A DNA stretch of 52,888 nucleotides. Source: a virus (Duplodnaviria; Caudoviricetes). Made by a program: the position numbers and the translations under genes. The notes beneath the pieces were generated by a model, which was given only the letters and a program-made list of their open reading frames with translations, ran no database searches and was not told the DNA's origin. Each line of letters opens with the position of its first letter. The stretch's first letter is position 1. The stretch lies in IMG/VR virus record IMGVR_UViG_3300021440_001469, positions 1 to 52,888 of that record; one strand, 5' to 3'. This document shows positions 45,628 through 52,888 of this stretch, in pieces.

Positions 45628-45826
45628 GGCGAAGCCGTGGTGGCAGTCGAGAACGCTGTGGGTGAATGCGCTGGCGGCCGGTCTGGTGGCGCTGGAGGCG
45701 GGCACGGGGATGCTGCAGCCGGTGCTGCCGGTGAATTTTTATACGGCGCTGGCGGTGCTTCTGCCGGCGGTGAATGCGGTTTTGCGCGTGGTGACGAGCC
45801 AGGCGATCAGGGGATCGGAGCGCTAA
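45620..45826 (+). CDS. Holin-like protein
   Basis: KPWWQSRTLWVN, two hydrophobic helices, NAVLRVVTSQAI. Confidence 0.75.
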   Translation: MVEAKPWWQSRTLWVNALAAGLVALEAGTGMLQPVLPVNFYTALAVLLPAVNAVLRVVTSQAIRGSER

Positions 45827-45828
45827 GT

Positions 45829-46071
45829 GTGGAATACGGATGGAAGTCTGTTTGCGTGGTCGCTGCCCTTGTGGTGGCTGCAGTGGTGGGCGGGAGCCTG
45901 CTCGACATCGTTAGCGCGCGCGTCGCGGGCCATGGTGCCGCGCTGCGCGCCGCAATGGCGGACGCCCCTGCTTGCGGATCAGGTGCGGCGCTTGAAGCTG
46001 AGGCCGGACAGTGCCCGCCCGCGCGTGCGCCGGACGTGGCGTCCGGCGGAGCAGTGAGGGGGCCGAAGTGA
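45829..46071 (+). CDS. Small membrane protein, possible spanin remnant
   Basis: N-terminal TM VCVVAALVVAAVVGG; GGAG upstream; follows the holin. Confidence 0.45.
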   Translation: MEYGWKSVCVVAALVVAAVVGGSLLDIVSARVAGHGAALRAAMADAPACGSGAALEAEAGQCPPARAPDVASGGAVRGPK

Positions 46072-46334
46072 TCGATTTTGTTGGCGATGAGGGTGACCGG
46101 GCCACCCAACTGGCGGAAGACTTTGCGGGGGATGCGCTGGCCGAGCAGCGCCGGCACGACCCGACGGCCGGCAAGACGATGGCCGATAGCGCGAAGTGGT
46201 GCGACGGCTGCGGCCTGCGGGTGCCGGACGCGCGGCGCAAGGCGGTGCCGGGCGTGCGCTTGTGCGTGGATTGTCAGAACGATGCGGCGCGGGTGGATGC
46301 GGCCGCGCGGCGCAATGGGCGGGCAGCGCCATGA
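46068..46334 (+). CDS. TraR/DksA C4 zinc-finger protein
   Basis: CDGCG..VPDARRKAVPGVRLCVDCQ. Confidence 0.9.
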   Translation: MIDFVGDEGDRATQLAEDFAGDALAEQRRHDPTAGKTMADSAKWCDGCGLRVPDARRKAVPGVRLCVDCQNDAARVDAAARRNGRAAP

Positions 46335-46642
46335 TGGGTATTGAAGAACTGAAGCTGGGGCTGCAGGCGGTCAATCTGCTGGCGGTGGTGTGGCTGGCGC
46401 TGAGCGCGCGCAACACGGTGAGCAAGGGTGCGCTGGACGCGAAGTTGGCCGCCCACGCGGACCGGCTGACGGCGCTGGAGACGAACCAGAAAAACGGCCC
46501 GACCCATAGCGACCTGAACCGCATTCATGCCCGGCTGGATAAGTTTGGCGAGGATTTTTCAGCGTTGTCGGGCGAGCTGAAGGGCAAGGGGCACACGCTC
46601 GATCTGATCCACGAGTACTTGCTGAACGAGAGGCGTAAATGA
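46331..46642 (+). CDS. DUF2730-like membrane-anchored protein (Mu gp25-like)
   Basis: TM plus RLTALE...PTHSDL...LIHEYLL. Confidence 0.75.
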   Translation: MMGIEELKLGLQAVNLLAVVWLALSARNTVSKGALDAKLAAHADRLTALETNQKNGPTHSDLNRIHARLDKFGEDFSALSGELKGKGHTLDLIHEYLLNERRK

Positions 46643-46932
46643 GCTACGGAGACTTGCTGACCCAGGATGCGCGGCTGGTGCTGCTGCGGGTGATGCACGA
46701 GATGCCGAGCCGGCGGGCGAACAGTTCGGTGCTGTGCACGATTCTGGACGAGAAGTACGGCCACGCGCTGGACTTGCCCGCGGTGAAGCGCGAACTGCGC
46801 TGGCTGGAGGAGAACGAGCTGGTGGAGATCGAGACGGCCGGGGCGGTGCTGCTGGCGACGCTGCGCGAGCGCGGTGAGCTGGCCGTGAAGGGGCGGATCA
46901 CCGTCGAGGGCGTGAAGCGCCCGAGGATCTGA
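46639..46932 (+). CDS. Mu gp26-like winged-helix protein
   Basis: RLVLLRVM...ANSSVL...LRWLEE..LV...GVKRP. Confidence 0.8.
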   Translation: MSYGDLLTQDARLVLLRVMHEMPSRRANSSVLCTILDEKYGHALDLPAVKRELRWLEENELVEIETAGAVLLATLRERGELAVKGRITVEGVKRPRI

Positions 46933-46934
46933 CG

Positions 46935-47483
46935 ATGGGCCGCAAGAGCACGATCGACCAGCGCTCAGATGAGTTTCGGAAATACGTTTTCCGTGCGCTG
47001 CGCGAGAACCGCCTGACGCTGGACGAGCTGCGCGCTGAGCTGGAAACGGAGTTTCCGGCCGAGCCGACGCCGAGCCGCTCGGCGCTGGGCCGGCACCGGG
47101 CGAGCGTGGACGAGATGATCGCCCACGAGCGCGAGATGGCCGCGGCAGCCGAAGCGCTGGTGGGCGAGCTGGGCGAGGATTTCGACGCCAAGAGCGGCGC
47201 GCTGCTGGCCCAGGCGGTGACCACGCTGACCAGCCGCTACGCGATGGGCAAGCTGCAGAGCGGCGATGAGATGGATATCGGCGATGTGCTGGACCTGGCG
47301 CGGGCGGCAAAGACGGCGCAGGAGGCCCGGTCGTTGAATTTGAAGGAGCGGCGCGAGGTGGAACGCCTGGCGCGCGAGAAGCTGCTCGAGGAGCAGAAGG
47401 CCAAGCTCGAGGCGATGGGCAGCAAGGCCGGCGTGACCGAAGACACCAAGCGGGCGATCCGCGAGGCGTTGGGGATTGTGTGA
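46935..47483 (+). CDS. DUF3486 (Mu gp27-like small terminase)
   Basis: MGRKSTID...SRSALGRH...IREALGI; precedes TerL. Confidence 0.85.
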   Translation: MGRKSTIDQRSDEFRKYVFRALRENRLTLDELRAELETEFPAEPTPSRSALGRHRASVDEMIAHEREMAAAAEALVGELGEDFDAKSGALLAQAVTTLTSRYAMGKLQSGDEMDIGDVLDLARAAKTAQEARSLNLKERREVERLAREKLLEEQKAKLEAMGSKAGVTEDTKRAIREALGIV

Positions 47484-48892
47484 TGGCCATGCGCAAAGGC
47501 CGCGCGAAGGTCATCCCGGCCAATCCGGACGCGATCTTTCTGCCGTTTCAATCCAGGTGGATTCAGGATGGATCGCGCATCAAGTTGATGGAGAAATCGC
47601 GCCAGATCGGGATCAGCTGGTCGACGGCCTATGGCGCCGACGAGCGGGCGGCCGCGCAGGGGGCGCGCCACGATGAGTGGGTGAGCAGCCGCGATGACAT
47701 CCAGGCGCGGCTGTTCATCGAGGACTGCAAGCTGTGGGCCGGGATCATGAACCTGGCGGCGAAGGATTTGGGCGAGCAGGTGATCGACCCGGAGAAGAAG
47801 CTCAGCGCCTATGTGCTGCAGTTTGCGAGCGGGCGGCGCATCCACAGCATGAGCAGCAACCCGGACGCGCAGGCCGGCAAGCGCGGCAGCCGCATTCTGG
47901 ATGAATTCGCGCTGCATGCCGACCAGCGCAAGCTGTGGGCGATCGCGTATCCGGGCATCACTTGGGGCGGCAGCATGGAGATCGTGAGCACGCACCGGGG
48001 CTCGAACAGCTTCTTCAACGGCCTGATCCGCGAGGCCCGCGAGAAGGGCAACCCGAAACGCATCAGCCTGCACCGGGTGACGCTGCAGGATGCGCTGGAG
48101 CAGGGGTTTTTGTACAAGCTGCAGCAGGCGCTGCCGGCCGATGCGGAGCAGCAGGATATGGACGAGGCGGCGTACTTCGACTTCGTGCGGGGGGGCGCGG
48201 CCGATGAGGAGTCGTTCGACCAGGAATACATGTGCATTCCGGCCGACGACGATGCGAAGTTTCTGGAATATGGGCTGATCACCGGCTGCGAGTACAGCGG
48301 CACCGATTGGCAGCGTGGCCTGGACGGCCCCTTTACCGGGCGGCTGTTCTGCGGGGTGGACATCGGCCGCAAGAAGGATTTGACGGTGTTGTGGGTGGTC
48401 GAGCAGCTGGGCGATGTGCTGTACACGCGCCATGTGGAGACGCTGGAACGCATGCGCAAGAGCGCGCAGGAGGCGGTGCTGTGGCCGTGGTTTGCGCGCT
48501 GCGACCGCATCTGCATCGACGCGACGGGCATGGGCATCGGGTGGGCCGACGATGCGCAGGATGAGTTTGGCGAGCAGCGGGTGGAGGCGGTGAACTTCTC
48601 GGCCCAGGTGAAGGAGGCGCTGGCCTATCCGCTGAAGGGGGCGATGGAAGACCGGATGCTGCGCATTCCGGACGATCCGACGATCCGCGCGGACCTGCGC
48701 AAGGTGCAGAAGGTGACGACGACGGCCGGCAACATCCGCTTTGTGGCGGAGAGCACGCCCGATGGCCACGCGGACCGCTTCTGGGCGCTGGCGCTGGCGA
48801 TCCATGCGGCGAGCGATCCGGCGGCACCGATTGAGTATATGAGCGATGGCGTGGCGCGCGGCGCCGACGCGGAAGGGTTCCTGTATGGCTAA
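47480..48892 (+). CDS. Terminase large subunit
   Basis: KSRQIGIS, ILDEFA, GVDIGRKKD, HADRFWA. Confidence 0.95.
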   Translation: MMAMRKGRAKVIPANPDAIFLPFQSRWIQDGSRIKLMEKSRQIGISWSTAYGADERAAAQGARHDEWVSSRDDIQARLFIEDCKLWAGIMNLAAKDLGEQVIDPEKKLSAYVLQFASGRRIHSMSSNPDAQAGKRGSRILDEFALHADQRKLWAIAYPGITWGGSMEIVSTHRGSNSFFNGLIREAREKGNPKRISLHRVTLQDALEQGFLYKLQQALPADAEQQDMDEAAYFDFVRGGAADEESFDQEYMCIPADDDAKFLEYGLITGCEYSGTDWQRGLDGPFTGRLFCGVDIGRKKDLTVLWVVEQLGDVLYTRHVETLERMRKSAQEAVLWPWFARCDRICIDATGMGIGWADDAQDEFGEQRVEAVNFSAQVKEALAYPLKGAMEDRMLRIPDDPTIRADLRKVQKVTTTAGNIRFVAESTPDGHADRFWALALAIHAASDPAAPIEYMSDGVARGADAEGFLYG

Positions 48893-50402
48893 GATGAGCA
48901 CGGCGGCGCCGGAGCTGGAAACGGAAGTTGCGAGCCGGCTGCGCGATCCGTTCGAGCAGCACTACATGGGGGTCATCCAGACGGCGGACCCGCTGCTGAT
49001 CGAGAAGGGCGATCCGAACGGCGAGATTTACCGCGACTTGAAGCGCGATGGAAAGGTGTTCTCCGGCCTGCAAAAGCGCAAGCTGGCCCTGGTGGGCCGC
49101 GAGTGGCAGGTGGTGCCGGTGCAGGACGGTGCGGCGCAGTCGGCAGATGCCGTGATCGTCAGCGACATCCTGAAGCGCTGCGCGTTCGACCAGGTGTGCC
49201 AGGATTTGCTGGATGCGCTGCTGCGCGGTTTTGCGGTGATGGAGATCGTGTGGACCGTGCGCGACGGGTATTACGTGCCGGCGCGCATCATGAAGCGGGC
49301 GCAGCGGCGCTTCAAGTACGTGCAGACCGACGAGCATGCGCCGCCGGAACTGCGCCTGCTGACCCAGTCCAACATGCTGACCGGCGAGGCGCTGCCGGCG
49401 CGCAAGTTCATCGCCCATCGGGTCAATCCGGAGGATGACAATCCGTATGGCACGGGCCTCGGGCTGCAGTTGTACTGGCCGGTGTTCTTCAAGCGCAAGG
49501 GCATCATTGCCTGGAACAAGCTGAATGACCGCTTCGGTTCACCGACGCCGTGGGGCCGCTATCCGCGCAACGCTTCGCCGAAGGAGAAGGCGACGCTGTT
49601 TTCCGCGCTGAAGGCGATGTCGAACGACGGCGTGCTGATGACGCCCGAAGGCATGCTGATCGATCTGCTGGAAACCAAGTTGACCGGGTCGGTGACGACG
49701 CAGCAGGCGCTATGTGAGTACATGGATGACTGGATTGCCGAGGTGCTGCTGGGCCAGGAGCCGCGCACCAGCGGCGGCGGCGCGCTGGCGGCGGCGAGCA
49801 AGGAGCGCGCGGCGGTGCGGCTGGACCTGGTGCAGGCGGATTCGGATTTGCTGTCGGCGACGCTGAACGAGACGCTGGTGGCGTGGATTTGCGAACTGAA
49901 CGGCCTGGCGCCGTGCCAGGTGTTCCGCGAGATTGCCGAAGAGGAAGACAAGAAGGCCGAGTCGGAGACGGATAAGAACGTGTCCGAGATGGGCTTCGAG
50001 CTGAGCGAAGAGGCGGCGCGGGAGAAGTACGGCGAGGGGTGGAGCAGGAAGGCGGCAGCGACGCCGCCAGGATCTCGGCCGGTACCGCCGGCCACGAAAC
50101 CGGCGGGTGGTGGCGTGGATGATGCGAAGGACGTGAATTTTGCGGAGGCGGGCAGCGCCGATGCCATTGATGTGCTTGTCGATGAGGCGCTGGCCGGCTG
50201 GAAACCGATGATGCAGCCCTTTGCTACGGCGCTGCAGGCGGAGCTGGACGCGGCGGTGCAGGCCGGGGAGACAGCGGGCGAGTTCCTGGCCCGGTTGCCG
50301 GCGCTGCTCGCGAAGATGGACCCGGCCCTGCTCGAGCAAGACCTCACAAAGGCGGCGTCGACGGCGCGTTTTGCAGGGATATCGGGGGTGAGCAATGCCT
50401 GA
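48885..50402 (+). CDS. Portal protein (DUF935, Mu gp29-like)
   Basis: RDGKVFSGLQKRK, LLDALLRGFAV.EIVW, NPYG.GL, RFGSP. Confidence 0.9.
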   Translation: MAKMSTAAPELETEVASRLRDPFEQHYMGVIQTADPLLIEKGDPNGEIYRDLKRDGKVFSGLQKRKLALVGREWQVVPVQDGAAQSADAVIVSDILKRCAFDQVCQDLLDALLRGFAVMEIVWTVRDGYYVPARIMKRAQRRFKYVQTDEHAPPELRLLTQSNMLTGEALPARKFIAHRVNPEDDNPYGTGLGLQLYWPVFFKRKGIIAWNKLNDRFGSPTPWGRYPRNASPKEKATLFSALKAMSNDGVLMTPEGMLIDLLETKLTGSVTTQQALCEYMDDWIAEVLLGQEPRTSGGGALAAASKERAAVRLDLVQADSDLLSATLNETLVAWICELNGLAPCQVFREIAEEEDKKAESETDKNVSEMGFELSEEAAREKYGEGWSRKAAATPPGSRPVPPATKPAGGGVDDAKDVNFAEAGSADAIDVLVDEALAGWKPMMQPFATALQAELDAAVQAGETAGEFLARLPALLAKMDPALLEQDLTKAASTARFAGISGVSNA

Positions 50403-51747
50403 GTCGGCTGCGCAGGCATTCGCGGACGCCTATCGGCTGAAGCCGGCCGAGGCGGTGGCATACATGGCCGGCCGGGACTCGGCCAGGGTGAGCTATGACT
50501 GGCGGGATGTGTGGCAAGACGAGCATGCCCGGCAGTTCACGGTGTCTCGGTTGGCCCGGTTGGATCTGGTGGAAGGTATCCGCGATCAGATCACCCGATC
50601 GGTCGGGGGGGATCTGACCCGGCGGGACTACATGCGGAACGGCGAGGCACTGCTCAGCAAGGCTGGCTGGTGGGGCGAAAAGACGGTGATCGACCCGGAA
50701 ACGGGGGATGCCGTGACCACGGTGTTCAATCCGGCCCGGCTTAAGCTGATTTTCGATGTAAACACGCGGATGGCCTATTCGGCAGGGCAGTGGGAGCGCG
50801 TGCAACGGACCAAAGCATCGCATCCGTACATCAGGTATGTGACCAAGGGCGATGAACGCGTGCGGGCATCTCACGCGGTGTGGAACAACGTGACGCTGCC
50901 TGTTGATGACCCGTTCTGGCAATCACACTGGCCGCCAAACGGATGGCGGTGCCGTTGTAGGGTGGTAGCGATCAGCCAGCGCGACTACGACGCAGCGGTG
51001 GCGCCGACAGGGGCGCCGCTGATCAAGGTTGCGCCGGAAACAGGGACACGGGAGTGGGTGAATCAGCGTACCGGAGAGGTGGTAGAGGTGCCGGTGGGCA
51101 TCGATCCGGGTTTTGGCTACAACCCGGGCAAGGCCGGGCTGGCCGAGAAGGGCAAGCGGCTGCTCGACAAGGCCTTGGTGACCGATCCGCGCACGGCCAG
51201 CGTTGCCGTACAGGAGGCGCTGCGCAACGATAAGGTGCTTGACGCACTGACCAAGGACTTCGGCGGATTCTCCAGGCAGTGGATTGGGGAGGTGCGCCAG
51301 GCCGAGAGGGCGGCCGCTGCCGGTGAGAACTATGCGGTCAAGACCCGTGGGGAGCTGCGCCACGTGGGGGCGCTGTCGCCCGTGGTGCTGGACGGGCTCT
51401 ATAGGCGAGACATGGCGCCGGAATCGGCGATCATGAGTGTTCGCGACGAGGATGTGGTGCACAGCTTTCGCTCGGCGAAGACGTCGCCGCTGCCCGAGGA
51501 CTGGTATGCCGACCTGCCGCGGCATCTGATGGCGCAGAAGGCCGTGCTGCTGGATACGACGAAGACAAACCTGCCAGCCTTGCTGATGGTGTTTGACATG
51601 CCGAACCAGACGGGCAAGCTGGTCGTCGAGCTGGATTACAGGGTAAAGGACGGCGGGAAGAAGATTCGCGCGAACATCGTCCGGTCCGGCCGGGTGGAAG
51701 ACGTGAATTCGTTGCGCGGCTTTGACGTGTTGGAGGGGGCGCTCTGA
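50395..51747 (+). CDS. MuF head morphogenesis protein with a C-terminal extension (possible PBECR/BECR-fold domain)
   Basis: RLKLIFDVN, DERVRASH, DDPFW..HWPPNGWRCRC, IDPGFGYNPG, then about 200 extra aa. Confidence 0.9.
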   Translation: MPESAAQAFADAYRLKPAEAVAYMAGRDSARVSYDWRDVWQDEHARQFTVSRLARLDLVEGIRDQITRSVGGDLTRRDYMRNGEALLSKAGWWGEKTVIDPETGDAVTTVFNPARLKLIFDVNTRMAYSAGQWERVQRTKASHPYIRYVTKGDERVRASHAVWNNVTLPVDDPFWQSHWPPNGWRCRCRVVAISQRDYDAAVAPTGAPLIKVAPETGTREWVNQRTGEVVEVPVGIDPGFGYNPGKAGLAEKGKRLLDKALVTDPRTASVAVQEALRNDKVLDALTKDFGGFSRQWIGEVRQAERAAAAGENYAVKTRGELRHVGALSPVVLDGLYRRDMAPESAIMSVRDEDVVHSFRSAKTSPLPEDWYADLPRHLMAQKAVLLDTTKTNLPALLMVFDMPNQTGKLVVELDYRVKDGGKKIRANIVRSGRVEDVNSLRGFDVLEGAL

Positions 51748-51864
51748 GCGAGGGCGGGATTCGAACCCGCGTCACCGTAATCCCGCGCCGTCCGGTTGCC
51801 CGAGCTGGCCAGCACGTTGAGGACTACGTCCCGTCTGCCTGAATGGGGCTCTACCCGCTCAGAG
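51742..51864 (-). ncRNA. tRNA-like RNA (non-canonical)
   Basis: Perfect T-arm GCGGG-TTCGAAT-CCCGC, terminal stem CTCTGAGCG/CGCTCAGAG, long central stem CGTAGTCC/GGATTACG capped by a GCAA tetraloop. Confidence 0.65.
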
Positions 51865-51871
51865 TCATTCA

Positions 51872-51880
51872 AGGATAGCA
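51872..51880 (-). promoter_or_regulatory. Extended -10 promoter for the tRNA-like RNA
   Basis: TGCTATCCT on the minus strand, 7 nt upstream of the terminal stem. Confidence 0.55.
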
Positions 51881-51883
51881 AAC

Positions 51884-52330
51884 ATGAGTGTCACGATCAG
51901 CATCAACGACGAGGCGATCCTCGAATTCCTGCACGGCCTTATGCGCAAGTCCCAGGACTTGACGCCACTGATGGATGATATCGGCGCGGCGATGGATAAA
52001 CGGGTGTCGGATCGCTTCGAGACTGAGAGCGACCCGATGGGCGTACCATGGTCGCCGTGGGCGGAATCGACGCGCAAGAGCTACCCCGAGAACGGACATG
52101 GCCGGCTGCTCGATCGCCTCGGTGACATGCTGGGGGGGCGGAGCTACACGGCGGACGCGACGAGCATGACTTATGGCTTCGATCAGCCCTACGCGGCATA
52201 TCATGAGTTCGGGACCAAACACATGCCGAGGCGCGGCATGCTTGCAGCCGATCCGGAGGCTGGTACATTGTCGGAAGGCGATCAGGCGGCCGTGCTCGAC
52301 ATCCTCCTGAACTACCTTTCCGAAACCTGA
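51884..52330 (+). CDS. Virion morphogenesis protein (Mu gpG-like)
   Basis: DLTPLMDDIG...RFETESDP.G.PW...YAAYHEFG..HMPRR. Confidence 0.9.
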   Translation: MSVTISINDEAILEFLHGLMRKSQDLTPLMDDIGAAMDKRVSDRFETESDPMGVPWSPWAESTRKSYPENGHGRLLDRLGDMLGGRSYTADATSMTYGFDQPYAAYHEFGTKHMPRRGMLAADPEAGTLSEGDQAAVLDILLNYLSET

Positions 52331-52419
52331 TTTGCGCCGCGCCGCGGGCTTTCGCCACTGAAAACACATTTTCACCCGGCCGCCCGCTATTTCCCCCTAC
52401 CGCCCACTAAATCCCGGAT

Positions 52420-52460
52420 TTATCTCGCTCAGGCCCTGGGGAATATCTCACCTCTGCTTA
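52420..52460 (-). repeat. Prophage right terminus with transposase-binding sites
   Basis: Read inward: TAA start; GTGAGATA at positions 10-17 and GCGAGATA at 33-40, same register as the left end. Confidence 0.8.
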
Positions 52461-52888
52461 CCCTGCCGCGGGGCGCGGTAGGACGCCCCGTCGAGGGTCA
52501 GGCAATAGGCGTTGTGGCGCAGCCGATCGACGGTGGCCGAGGCGAGCAGGCGGTTGCCCGGGAAGGCCTGGTCCCACTCGGTGAAGTCGAGGTTGCTGGT
52601 GACGATGGTGGCGGCCTGCTCGTAGCGCTCGGCGATCAGATCGTGCAGATCCTCGTCGGCCGGGGCGCGCAGCGGCTTGAGGCCAAAGTCGTCGATGATC
52701 AGCACCGGCACCCGGGCCAGCTGCTGGAGCTTTCGCTCGTAGTGGCCGATCGCCCGCGCCGCGTTGAGGCTGGCGAGCAGCTGCGCACAGGACGCAAACA
52801 CCACGTCCTGCCCCTGGCGCACCGCGCAGTGCCCGAGGGCCTGCGCCAGATGGCTCTTGCCGGTGCCGCAGGGCCCGGCGATCAGCAC
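52461..52888 (-). pseudogene. istB: IS21-family helper ATPase IstB, interrupted by the prophage (5' part outside window)
   Basis: GPCGTGKSHLA, LIIDDFG, TIVTSN, DRLRH, GASYR. Confidence 0.92.

Larger units (their letters stand above)
11726..52460. mobile_element. B3/BcepMu-type transposable (Mu-like) prophage, siphovirus-type tail
   Basis: DDE transposase, AAA ATPase, GemA, Mor, Mu-like head genes; flanked by CCCTGC at 11720-11725 and 52461-52466. Confidence 0.95.

Noticed and set aside
45827-46057. Embedded o-spanin (AGAC lipobox)
   Set aside because: The Trp-rich leader is explained by out-of-frame GTG runs and lacks a basic N-region; too weak to call
51742-51864. Canonical tRNA gene or integration-site remnant
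   Set aside because: No 7-nt anticodon loop or CCA and it is too long; both halves of the terminal stem are present, unlike an att remnant; kept as a tRNA-like RNA

Overview
The window holds three nested mobile elements and no host housekeeping genes. (1) At 1-11582 is a P4/PICI-like phage satellite with a tyrosine integrase, AlpA, a Toprim-DUF927 primase-helicase, GGAACA iterons, a cos-like site and a Nu1/Rpp-like HTH gene. Unusually, it also carries a lambda-type tail chaperone G/GT frameshift pair and a tape-measure gene but no tail tube gene. (2) An IS21-family element interrupts that tape-measure gene at 11583. (3) A 40,735-bp B3/BcepMu-type transposable prophage (11726-52460) interrupts the 3' end of the IS21 istB gene. 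It has a 6-bp CCCTGC target duplication and 5'-TA...TA-3' termini instead of TG...CA. The strongest candidates for undescribed systems are: a Com-linked small ORF + ABC-ATPase/GNAT fusion + formyltransferase operon in the position of mom (putative new DNA modification); a promoter-bearing tRNA-like RNA directly behind the extended MuF gene, where a protein immunity gene would be expected; and the stand-alone tail-length cassette of the satellite. Product names come from motif recognition and synteny only; no database searches were run.
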